NCBI RefSeq assembly: GCF_006345805.1
Contig: NW_021823698.1
Span: forward strand, 1-21,497
DNA: 21,497 bases
Source of the DNA: Octopus sinensis
Lineage: Eukaryota
Reading direction: 5' to 3'
Part shown: positions 1-9,775 of the stretch, one piece after another
Numbering within the stretch: position 1 is the first letter of the stretch
How the letters are laid out: each line of letters opens with the position of its first letter
Translations under genes and position numbers: made by a program
The notes under the pieces: model-generated
Told to the model about the DNA's origin: nothing
What the model saw: only the letters and a program-made list of their open reading frames with translations
Database searches by the model: none

Positions 1-163
1 AGGCAATGCTGAAAGTAGTCAGATTATAATAACCTGAGTTACATTACAATAATTTACTCTTGAGAAATTCAGGTGACTGGACATCAAAAAGATATTCTTC
101 TGGTATGTAGAAATTTAGACATTTTAGATGACTCATTCCGTTCACATAAAACTCGATAAACCT

Positions 164-416
164 GTGTGTGAATTTCTCTGTGTGTGTGTGTATGTGTGTG
201 TATGTGTATGTGTTAGTGTGTGTGTGTGTGTGGTAAATGGTAAAGAGGTCCACCTAGATTTTGTAATGTTTGCGTAAAAAAAATATGTCAAACAAGTTCA
301 GGTGTTCTGGGAATATGGCTCATGTGATGATTACAAGGTATTTCTGCTTTAAGACGTCATCCACACGCACACACACACACATAAATATGTGTGTGTGTGT
401 GTGTGCAAGTATGTAT

Positions 417-448
<32 letters not shown>

Positions 449-718
449 TATATACACACATAAACACACGAACATGAGAACGAATATTTCCGTGTGTGAG
501 TGTGTGTATACATACACATAAATGTACGTACATAAATGCAAATCTATCTATATATATATATGTGTATACATATGCATACATATACTTATACATGCATATA
601 CATACATATACATACATACAAATATATATATGTATATATGTATATTATGTATAATATATATATATATATATATATATATGTGTTGTGTGTGTGTGTATAA
701 TACGAGTGTATATATATA

Positions 719-785
<67 letters not shown>

Positions 786-786
786 A
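164..786. repeat. Compound (TG/CA)n and (TA)n microsatellite region with short unique islands
   Basis: Dinucleotide runs visible directly; source of the spurious HT/YI/CV ORFs. Confidence 0.9.
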
Positions 787-1143
787 CCGTAAGTAAATAC
801 TCAGGGTTGATACTAGGCTTTAATAAAATATAAAATATATTGTGACCAGAAAAAATCTTTATCAGTAAAAGACAATGTAAGATATGGGAACGTGTGGGCG
901 TGTGCGTGAGCGTTTGCGGTGTATTATGTATGTATATGCTTGTGTGTGTGTTTGTGTGTGTGTGTTTTCATACATATGTACACACACCTGAAGGAATTAG
1001 ACCCAGCTGAGTGGGTTGCACCTATGTCCACATATAAACAAAATAAATATATACAAGACAAGTGTAAACAAAGCTGTCAGTCGAGGCCATAGAGATACAC
1101 ATATTTTTATTTTGTATACACGTTGCATTTAATATACATGCAA

Positions 1144-1243
1144 ATATATATATATATATATATATATTAATATATATAATATATATATATAATATAATAA
1201 TATATATATATATTATATATAATAATATATATATATAATATAT

Positions 1244-1274
<31 letters not shown>

Positions 1275-1321
1275 TTTATATATATATTATACATATAATA
1301 TATATATATATATATATATTC

Positions 1322-1390
<69 letters not shown>

Positions 1391-1441
1391 GGATATAGAT
1401 ATTCATGTATATATATATACATATACATGTATGTCTATATG

Positions 1442-1520
<79 letters not shown>
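1144..1520. repeat. (TA)n - (GATA)n - (TA)n compound microsatellite
   Basis: Degenerate (TA)n 1144-1320, (GATA)n about 1322-1398, (TA)n to about 1520. Confidence 0.95.
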
Positions 1521-1524
<4 letters not shown>

Positions 1525-1748
1525 CAAAAGAAAAACAGGACGCAAAGGATTGTGCGGTACATATGTTTCTGGCTTATTGAACTATTTATATCAATGCATA
1601 ATTGATAAAACATGTAGTACAACAGCCTTCTTCAGCCGCGTACAATTACCACACCAAAGACATGTATTACATTATAGCAGGTTTGAGAAAAAGATTGGGG
1701 AGAAAATGAGTTTCATTGGGAAGGTAAATCCTCAATGCGTATATGGCA

Positions 1749-1849
1749 TTGCGAGACACCAAGACAAAACATCCATACCGTTTTATCACTTGATAAGGCC
1801 CTTATCAAGTGAAAAAACGGTATGGACGTTTTGTTTTGGTGTCACGCAA
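1749..1849. repeat. Near-perfect 101-nt palindrome (50-nt arms, 1-nt centre)
   Basis: ttgcgagacaccaagacaaaacatccataccgttttatcacttgataagg-c-ccttatcaagtgaaaaaacggtatggacgttttgttttggtgtcacgcaa; 4 mismatches. Confidence 0.95.
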
Positions 1850-1945
1850 ATTTCACAAAAGATCCATTCAGTACTTTTGACCTAGTTTTGGATCATAAAA
1901 GAAATGACTAAAATTTAGGAGTTAAGGCCCCCATTAGGGTGTTAA

Positions 1946-2185
<240 letters not shown>

Positions 2186-2259
2186 TACAAAGATAAATTG
2201 AGAGATACAACTGAGTAGGCAAACAAAAATATGAGAACCAGCCTAGTGCTTTTTTTATA

Positions 2260-2570
2260 TTTTGATAAGCCTGGTACTTATTCTATCAGTTTCTTCTTGT
2301 GAAACCAGTAAGTTATAGGGATGTAAATAAACGAACACCAGTTGTGAATCAGTGATGAGGGAGAAACTCAAAGAGATACACATAGACTTACATATATACA
2401 TACATATATACAATTGATTTCTTTCCGTTTCTGTCTACAAAATCCACTGACAAGGCTTTGGTTGGTCTGAGGCTATAGCAGGAGACACATGCCAAGTTAC
2501 CACACAGTGGGACTGAACTCAGGACCATGTGTTTTGGAACAAAGTTTGTTACCACACAGCCACACCTGCA
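2260..2570 (-). mobile_element. tRNA-derived SINE family A, diverged copy
   Basis: Reverse complement matches the head (gtggctgtgtggtaa...gttcagtcccact), body (accaaagccttg..agtggatt) and part of the tail of the 10131-10520 copy. Confidence 0.85.
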
Positions 2571-2589
2571 CATGTATGTGTGGGGGATC

Positions 2590-2775
2590 TATGTGTGTAT
2601 GGGTGTATATATGTATGCATGTATATATGTGTATATATTACATGTACATCTATATATATACATCTACACATACATGTATATATATACATCTATATATATA
2701 TATACATCCATATATATATATACATATATATATATATAACATATATATATATATACATCTATATGTATACATCTA

Positions 2776-2849
<74 letters not shown>

Positions 2850-2852
2850 CAT
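2590..2852. repeat. Degenerate (TA)n/(TATACA)n microsatellite
   Basis: Seen directly. Confidence 0.9.
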
Positions 2853-2999
2853 GTAACTTAAAATTTAAAATAATAAGGGTGAAAAATTGAATATTAATTT
2901 GATTGATATGAATTTAAAACCAGTAGTGTAGCATATAAGACCATAGCGGATCTTCTTCTACCATAATGGATAGATGTCCAGTTACAGTTCATCCTTGTT

Positions 3000-3297
3000 A
3001 TATAATAGTTTCACATTATTAGTTTCAGTATTAAAGTGAAAGCATGTGACATTACAATAGAGAGATGTTTTTGTTTCACTTTTGACACGTAATACTGAAA
3101 TAGTAGAGAAGATATGATATTGCTGTGGGCTCGCACTATGCAAAAAGTTAAAAGTTTTTGTTCACGACGCTACATGGTCCCTAAGTAAGGCATGTGTAAA
3201 ATTTGAATGAAATTGGTTGTGTAGTTCTCAAGTTTTAGGGATTCACACAAACAGACAGACACACACACACGCACATTCTCAGTTTTATATAAATAGA
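3000..3297 (-). mobile_element. Non-autonomous Helitron-like element, 5' portion
   Basis: Minus strand starts A|TCTATTTATATAAAA, then (GT)n/GTCT microsatellite, then caaccaatttcattcaaatttt: same architecture as the 5' end of the 7298-7668 element. No 3' hairpin-CTAG found, so the left boundary is approximate. Confidence 0.6.
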
Positions 3298-3579
3298 TTA
3301 TGTGTATATGCATATTTAGATATGTATATATATTTGGATGTGTGTGTATGTGTGTATGCGTCTGTGTACGTGTGTGTCTTTGTATACATGTAAGTATGTA
3401 TGTATGTATGTATGTATGTATATTATGTATAAGCATATACAAACACCTGCGCGCCTACGCAGCGAGTGATATCATTTGAAAGCTAAAACAATACGAAGCG
3501 TATTGCGACGAACAGTGCATAGCAATATAATATATATATATATGTGTAAAAATATATATATATACACATATATATATAG

Positions 3580-3767
3580 ATCGTTAGCCACTACACACAT
3601 TTTTTTCGCTCCTTGTTTCTCTCCTTGTTTTTTTCTGTGTCCCTTTCTGTAGAAGAAGTAGGCTCGAAACGTAAAAGACTTTTTCTATTCCTGAGCGTTA
3701 TACTAATACATCTGTTTGTTTTGTACACCACCTGCCTTCGTCTTTTGTTTTTTTCGTAAACTCACCC
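3580..3767 (+). mobile_element. Short Penelope-like pseudo-LTR fragment with degenerate hammerhead motif, flanked by (TA)n
   Basis: CTTT-CTGTAGA-AGAAGTAGGCTC-GAAAC-GTA-AAAG at 3643-3677. Shares downstream ttcctgagcgt with the 7105-7287 element. Confidence 0.6.
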
Positions 3768-3884
3768 AATATATATATATATATATATACATATATACAT
3801 ATATATGTATGTGTGTATGTGTGTGTTTGCGTGTATGTATATATACATGCGCATAGGTATGCGTATCTGTATTTTTGTGTATAT

Positions 3885-4105
3885 CTTTACGTCTGTGTTT
3901 GTCAAGCGCCCTCACCAACCAACTCTAGACACCCTGTGTTCATTTCTATACTCCTGTATATTCCACAGCAGCTCGAGGAAAAACCGAAGAGTAAGCAGAA
4001 AACGTTTCAAATAAGCACCGAGATCGATCCATGTGACTTTAAAACCCATTTCAAAACCGAGACCGAGTATGGTTACAGTCGAACGACTAAAGCAACTGTA
4101 AAAGT
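3885..4105 (+). mobile_element. Highly diverged SINE family A tail
   Basis: aataagcaccgagatcgat...gtatggttacagtcgaacgactaaagcaactgtaaaag aligns with aataagtcctggggtcgat...gcatggccacagtcaaatgactgaaacaagtaaaag. Confidence 0.55.
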
Positions 4106-4290
4106 ACGAGAAAAAAAATCCCGGTTTAGTGTTCAGCACGTGTTAGGGTAACTTATTGTCATGAACCAACATGAAAATCTTAATATCCCTATTTGACCTT
4201 GTAACTTACTTCATGATTGCCGTGCTTTCCTCTCGTGCGTGTAGCGTGTATATACACGTAATAGAAAAGCGAAGGTAAATTGAATCGTCA

Positions 4291-5256
4291 TTGGGTTGCT
4301 TGTTCAGTCACGTGACATGTCTGTTTTAATATATTAATGTTTGTTCACCCGCCCACCCCCCGCTTGATAACCGATGTTGGTTTGTTTATATCTCCGTAAT
4401 GTAGCAGTTCGGTAAAAGACCGGTGGAAGTATCAGACCGAGAAGAAAATACTTTTAAATCAATGAATTAGTGGTTGAGTTCACCTCAGATACGTTGTGTT
4501 GCTTGTTCAATAACTTCACATGTCTGCTTATTAGTGTTTGTTCGCCCCACCGCTTGATAACCGGTGTTGGTTTGTTTACATCTCCGTAATGTAGCAGTTC
4601 GGCAAAAGACCGTAAAAGCATCAGAACGAGAAGAAAATATTATTTTTAATAATAAACTAGTGGTTGAGTTCACCTCAGATACGTTGTGTTGCTTGTTCAA
4701 TAACTTCACATGTCTGCTTATTAATGTTTGTTCACCCCACCGCTTGATAACCGGTGTTGGTTTGTTTACATCTCCGTAATGTAGCAGTTCGGCAAAAGAG
4801 CGATAGACTTATCAGACCGAGAAGAAAATATTTTTTTTAACAATAAATTAGTGGCTGAGTTCACCTCAGATACGTTGTGTTGTTTGTTCAATAACTTCAC
4901 ATATCTGCTTATTAAAGTTTGTCCACTCCAGAGTTTGACAACCGGTGTTGGCTTGCTTATGTCTCAGTAACGTAGCAGTTCGGCAAAAACGATTGAGAGA
5001 AGTATCAAACAGAAGAAAAAAATTTTATCAGTGAACTAGTGGCTGAGTTCACTTCAGACACGTTGGGTTGCTTGTTCAGTTACGTGACATATCTGCTAAA
5101 TAAATTAGTGTTTGATCACTCCACCGCTTGACATCCGCTGTTGGTCTGTTTATGTCTGTGTAACGTAGCAGTTCAACAAAACAGACTGACAGAATAAGCT
5201 CCAGGCCGAAACAAAAATAAACAGAAATTTAGTGGCTGAGTTCACCTCATACACGT
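4291..5256 (+). repeat. Tandem array of five ~190-bp units derived from the SINE A tail
   Basis: cgcttgataaccg-type anchor at 4361, 4551, 4741, ~4931 and ~5125; each unit also carries tagtggYtgagttcacctcagatacg. Confidence 0.92.
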
Positions 5257-5351
5257 CCAACTCTTAACATAATTTTCATACAAAATCATTGCGACAGGGT
5301 TTATGTGAAACAATGGTTGGCTCTTTGAAATACAAACACAATCGATTCACT

Positions 5352-5430
5352 GGGCTTCCACATAGTTTCCGTTTATCCATTTTGTCTCTCAATGTTCTTT
5401 CCAACTCGAGACTATGGTGAAATATACTTT
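5352..5430 (-). mobile_element. Degenerate SINE A body fragment
   Basis: gggcttccacatagtttccgtttatcca...cgagactatggtgaaa resembles gggcttctttcagtttccgtctacca...cgaggctatagtagaa. Confidence 0.5.
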
Positions 5431-5523
5431 ATGAGTGAAGCGTAAGTTGAACTCCTTCAGCCCTCGGTTGTGGTACTTTATACCATTGTACTCATTACAA
5501 ATTCACACACACATTTATATATA

Positions 5524-5942
5524 TATTTCTTTACTACCCACAAGGGGCTACACACAGAGGGGACAAACAAGGACAGACAAACGGGTTAAGTCGATTACAT
5601 CGACCCCAGTGCGTAACTGGTACTTAATTTATCGAGCCCGAAAGGATGAAAGGCAAAGTCGACCTCGGCGGAATTTGAACTCAGAACGTAACGGCAGACG
5701 AAATACGTATTTCTTTATTACCCACAAGGGGCTAAACATAGAGGAGACAAACATGGACAGACATAGGTATTAAGTCGATTATATCGACCCCAGTGCGTAA
5801 CTGGTACTTAATTTATCGACCCCGAAAGGATGAAAGACAAAGTCGACCTCGGCGGAATTTGAACTCAGAACGTAACGGCAGACGAAATACGGCTAAGCAT
5901 TTCGCCCGGCGTGCTAACGTTTCTGCCAGCTCGCCGCCTTAT
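5524..5942 (-). mobile_element. SINE family B (Nin-domain-like): one head plus two 184-bp body units, 17-bp TSD
   Basis: Head aaggcggcgagctggcagaa; body gccgaggtcgactttgcctttcatcctttcggggtcgat. TSD acacacatttatatata at 5507-5523 and 5943-5959. Confidence 0.9.
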
Positions 5943-5961
5943 ACACACATTTATATATACA

Positions 5962-6318
5962 TTGTGTGGTTAGATGCTTGCTTCCCAACCTCATAGTTCC
6001 GGGTTCAATCCCATTGCCCGAGCGTATTCCACTACACCCTCGAGCCGACCAAAGCTTTGTGAGTGAAATTGATAGACGGAAACTGACAGAAGCCTCTCGT
6101 ATGTGTGTGTGTGTATCTGTGTGTGTGCGTGTCTGTCTGTCCCTTACCACCGCTTGACAACCGGTGTTAGTGTGTTTGCGTTTCCGTAAGCTAACGGTTC
6201 AGCAACAGGGAACGATAGCATAAGTACCAAGCTGGTTTATTCGACCAAAAATTCTTCAAAGCGATGCCCCAGCATGGCCTCGGTCTGATGACTAAAACAA
6301 GTAAAAGATAAAAGATAT
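5962..6318 (+). mobile_element. SINE family A, near full length
   Basis: tgtgtggttagatgcttgcttcccaac...gggttcaatccc (B box), body, internal (GT)n, tail ...acaagtaaaagataaaagata. Confidence 0.88.
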
Positions 6319-6320
6319 AC

Positions 6321-6473
6321 ATGTGTGTGTGTGCGTGTGCGTGCGTGCGTGTGTGTGTGTGTGCGTGCGTGTGTGTGTGTGTGTGTGTACGTGTGTGTGT
6401 GTACGTGTAAGTGTGTACGTGTAAGTGTATGTTTGTGTGTGTATGTTTGTGTGTGTGTGTATGTGTATGTGTA

Positions 6474-6520
<47 letters not shown>

Positions 6521-6600
6521 TTGTGTGTGTGTGTATGTGTATGTGTATGTTTGTGTGAGTGTGTGTGTGCGTGTGTGTGTGTGTGCGCGCGTGCGTGTGC
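6321..6600. repeat. (TG)n/(TGTA)n/(TGCG)n microsatellite
   Basis: Seen directly. Confidence 0.95.
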
Positions 6601-6756
6601 CCATAAAGACAAATCCATTTATACGCTCATTCACATTAACGATACAAACAGAAACATATATACGAAAAATATATACGAAAAAATACCTACACGTACATAT
6701 AGCCACCCAGATATACAGCCGAGAAAGGAAAAAAAAAAAATCCTCTCGACATGTTA

Positions 6757-6915
6757 TGCTAGAAATAGTAGTCAAATCTCTCTGAAATCACACCCCTTAA
6801 GGTCACATTGGATAACGTAGTCCGGGATACATTATGCCTAGATTGGGAAATAGATGAGATTATCTAAATCGGGAACGCCTTTGATCATAATCTCGCTTGG
6901 TCAGAACCAACATGG
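6757..6915 (+). mobile_element. Dispersed repeat family D fragment (probable SINE or LINE 3' tail)
   Basis: tgctagaaatagtagtcaaa...cattggataa...gcctttgatcata, homologous to 16450-16620 and 18920-19007. Confidence 0.6.
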
Positions 6916-7002
6916 CGGTGGTAGCAACGGTGATGATGCAGTGGGAAATTAACAAAATATACACCGTTCATATATACATATAGTTATTTATCAACCCACG
7001 CA

Positions 7003-7021
7003 TGTATATATATATTATACA

Positions 7022-7104
<83 letters not shown>
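7003..7104. repeat. (TA)n microsatellite
   Basis: Seen directly. Confidence 0.95.
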
Positions 7105-7109
<5 letters not shown>

Positions 7110-7287
7110 TAATCCAAACAGAAAACACAGAAAAATAGAGAAAAAAACACAGCAACGCGAGGACGTGGAACAATTAAAGTATTATTGACGCTCAGGAAAG
7201 AAGGGAAGGAGGGTTTAACGTTTCGAGCGGAGCTCTTCGTCGGAAACAAGGAGAAGGAAAGATCCCAAGAAGGGAAGACAGAGGAAA
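7105..7287 (-). mobile_element. Short Penelope-like pseudo-LTR or retrozyme-like element in (TA)n
   Basis: Contains a minimal hammerhead motif; (TA)n on both sides; second partial copy at 8251-8357. Confidence 0.7.
7213..7247 (-). ncRNA. Minimal type I hammerhead ribozyme-like motif (U4C core variant)
   Basis: Minus strand: GUUU-CCGACGA-A-GAGC(UCC)GCUC-GAAAC-GUU^AAAC; stem I GUUU/AAAC; palindromic ACGU in place of stem III. Confidence 0.65.
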
Positions 7288-7297
7288 TATATATATA

Positions 7298-7668
7298 TCT
7301 CTCTCTATATAAACGGCAGTTTGTCTGTGCGTTTTCTGTGTGTCTGTTTTCTCGTACCCTCACCCTGACCACGGCTTTCAACCGATTCTGATGAAACTTG
7401 ACACACACATAGCCCAATGTCATAATTCAAAACTAACGCAGCGAAAATTTTGAAAAGTTCCCCCAGTTCTGAAAAAAATCGATAAATTCGACATGGGGTC
7501 AAGAATCAGAAACCCAAACCACAGACCGTCTAGGGGACGCAACTCCACCTTTTTTAACTCTGAAAAAAAATTTACCATCATTTTTTTTCTATTTTTTGGC
7601 TATAACTCTAAAAATGCTTTATAGTTATTTCCCTTACAAACCTGAGCAACGCCGGGCGATACTGCTAG
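7298..7668 (+). mobile_element. Complete non-autonomous Helitron (~371 bp)
   Basis: 5' A|TC(TCTCTCTATATAAAC), internal GTCT repeats, imperfect 3' hairpin cctgagcaacgccggg about 8 nt before terminal CTAG|T; no TSD. Confidence 0.85.
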
Positions 7669-7775
7669 TACATGCATATAAACATGTCTATATATCGATG
7701 TAGTCATACTATGTGCAAATACGAACCATATTGGCACATACATGCATGTCCATACATGTATATACACATACACGA

Positions 7776-7968
7776 TAGGTGTATGTGTGGTAACATAGCT
7801 GTGTGGTAAGAAGCTTGCTTCATAACTACATGGTTCCGGGTTCAGTCCTACTGTGTGGGACCTTGGGCAAGTGTCTTATACTATAGTCCTTCGTGCCGCG
7901 CAAAGCCTTGTGAGTGGATTTGGTAGGCGGAAGGTTAAAAAAGCCCGTCGTATATATAAGTATATATA

Positions 7969-7999
<31 letters not shown>

Positions 8000-8124
8000 T
8001 GTGTGTTCGTGTTTATACCGCGTGACAACCGGTGTTGGACTGCTTACGTCCGCGTAACTTAGAGTTTCGGCAAAACTAATAAGTATTAGGCTTTAAAAAA
8101 TAAGTCCTGGGTGGTAGATTTGTT
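7776..8124 (+). mobile_element. SINE family A (head, body and most of tail)
   Basis: agctgtgtggtaagaagcttgctt...gggttcagtcc...ccttgggcaagtgtctt...aagccttgtgagtggatttggt. Confidence 0.88.
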
Positions 8125-8198
8125 ATAAATATATATATATATATATGTGTGGTGTGTGGTGTGTGTGTGTGAATGTATGTATGAATATAATATAATAT

Positions 8199-8238
<40 letters not shown>

Positions 8239-8250
8239 ATATATATATAT

Positions 8251-8357
8251 AAACCCTCCTTCTTTCCTTCTTTCTTGAGCATCAATAATACTATACTTGT
8301 TCCACGTCCTCGCGTTGTTGTGTTTTCTCTTTGTGTTTTCATGTTTGGATTAACTTT
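8251..8357 (+). mobile_element. 5'-truncated copy of the 7105-7287 element, opposite orientation, in (TA)n
   Basis: aaaccctccttc...ttgttccacgtcctcgcgttg...tgtttggattaacttt is the reverse-complement homologue of 7105-7216. Confidence 0.9.
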
Positions 8358-8387
8358 ATATATATAGATATATACACGACCGACGGG

Positions 8388-8432
<45 letters not shown>

Positions 8433-8456
8433 CGTGTGTGTACGTGTGTGTGTGTG

Positions 8457-8540
8457 TAAGTTTTGAGGTCGATTTACTCGATTAAAGCCCTTCGAGGTGG
8501 TGCCCCAGCATGGCCGCAGTGTCCAAGTGAAAGATGAACG
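8457..8540 (+). mobile_element. SINE A terminal tail fragment
   Basis: gaggtcgatttactcgattaaag...gtggtgccccagcatggccgcagt. Confidence 0.75.
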
Positions 8541-9098
8541 ATCGACATAAACACATCATTTATTAGTCTCTAACATACACGAACACGTGCGCGCGTGCAC
8601 AGAGAGAGAGTGAGAGAGTGAGTGAGTGAGTGAGTGAGTGAGTGAGTGAGTGAGAGGCAGCCTGAGACAGACAGACAGACAGACAGACTGAGACAGACAG
8701 ACAGTCAAACAGTCAGCTAGACATGTACAGAGATCAATGCACGCAGTTACATGAAGCCAAGAAGCCAATGGTAGATAAAGCAGAGACTGAAGAGGTTGGT
8801 GTACGTAACAAGCTGTGACAGATCATTGTAATATCGGCGGCTTCTTTAACCCCGAACTACTTGTGCTAGGAAGGGCAGGTAGCGTAAGGAGGTGGGGGGG
8901 AGGGGTAAGGGTTAGGGTTTAATGAGGAGGAGTGACGGAGGTGGGTAGAGAGCTGTGGAGACGGCGCAGACAAGAATGAACCGGTACTCTGTCTGTGTGT
9001 CTGTCTGTCTGTGTGTCTGTCTGTCTGTGTGTCTGTCTGTCTGTGTGTCTGTCTGTCTGTCTCTCTCTTTCGAGATAACACGGACGACCAATGCTTAC

Positions 9099-9141
9099 CC
9101 GGCAACAGATAGCAAAGTAGAGCTCCATCGCATGCCAGCAC
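9099..9141 (-). CDS. Candidate 43-nt exon of an unidentified minus-strand host gene (possible start MRWSSTLLSVA or MELYFAICCR)
   Basis: Minus strand: long (CT)n pyrimidine tract, ttctgtacctgtAG, exon, then CGG|GTAAGC donor; no stop codon in any frame. Confidence 0.4.
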
Positions 9142-9149
9142 CTACAGGT

Positions 9150-9422
9150 ACAGAAAGAGAGAGAGAGAGAGAGAAAATGGGGACAGAAGCAGAGAGGGAG
9201 AGGAGAGAAAGGAGGAGGAGGAGGAAGAAAGTGGCAGACAGACAAGCAAGCAAACAGACAAACTGAGAGAGAGAGAGAGAGAGAGAGTGAGAGTAACAGA
9301 CATAAACAAAAACGAGGGCAGGCTGACAGACAGACAGATAGATAAACCGAGGAAGTGAGAGAAAGAGAGAGTGGCAGACAGAGACAGAGAGAGAAAGGCA
9401 GAGACAAAGACAGAGACACAGA

Positions 9423-9456
<34 letters not shown>

Positions 9457-9535
9457 AAGAGAAACAGACAGACTGAGAAAGACACAGAGAGAGAAAGAGT
9501 GTGTGAAAGGGACACAGAGCGAAAGAGACAGGGTA
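9150..9535. repeat. (GA)n/(GACA)n purine-rich low-complexity tract
   Basis: Seen directly. Confidence 0.9.
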
Positions 9536-9565
9536 ATAGTATGACAGAACGAGAAGACACACACA

Positions 9566-9660
9566 GCCGTTTATTGTAATCACGAATAATAACGTCAACT
9601 GATTATTGTTGAGGTAATTAGCGGGCTTTGATTTCTTCATTTGCATAATGTTATCAGCCG
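9566..9660. promoter_or_regulatory. Candidate enhancer: dense cluster of developmental transcription-factor motifs
   Basis: TTTATTG 9570-9576, ATTGTT 9605-9610, TAATTA 9615-9620, CTTTGAT 9626-9632 and octamer ATTTGCAT 9639-9646 in non-repetitive-looking DNA. Confidence 0.3.
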
Positions 9661-9775
9661 ACTATTTATTATTTTTTATCAAGCCGGCTTCAAATGGCTC
9701 AAAAACACAAACATGCAAACACACATAGGGATGGATGAGTGTGGTTGGAATATGTATATATATATATATATATAT

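Noticed and set aside
302-347. Plus-strand mini-exon (ttcAG...AAG|gtattt)
   Set aside because: Weak acceptor context and donor, with no supporting neighbouring exons.
787-885. (TA)n-adjacent segment with CTGATAA on the minus strand
   Set aside because: No stem II or GAAA follows, so a hammerhead or an element call cannot be supported.
1427-1885. 152-aa ORF with a complex C-terminal part
   Set aside because: It starts in (TA)n, runs through the palindrome, has no recognisable domain and no convincing splice sites.
4291-5256. CRISPR-like appearance of this array and of the 17365-17992 array
   Set aside because: Whole units are homologous with no unique spacers, there are no cas genes, and both derive from eukaryotic SINEs.
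5435-5996. Repeated peptide RNWYLIYR..KDERQSRPRRNLNSERNGRRNT in ORFs
   Set aside because: It is an antisense translation of the duplicated SINE-B body.
8906-8917. Telomere-like TAAGGG TTAGGG
   Set aside because: Only one exact unit; not an interstitial telomeric array.
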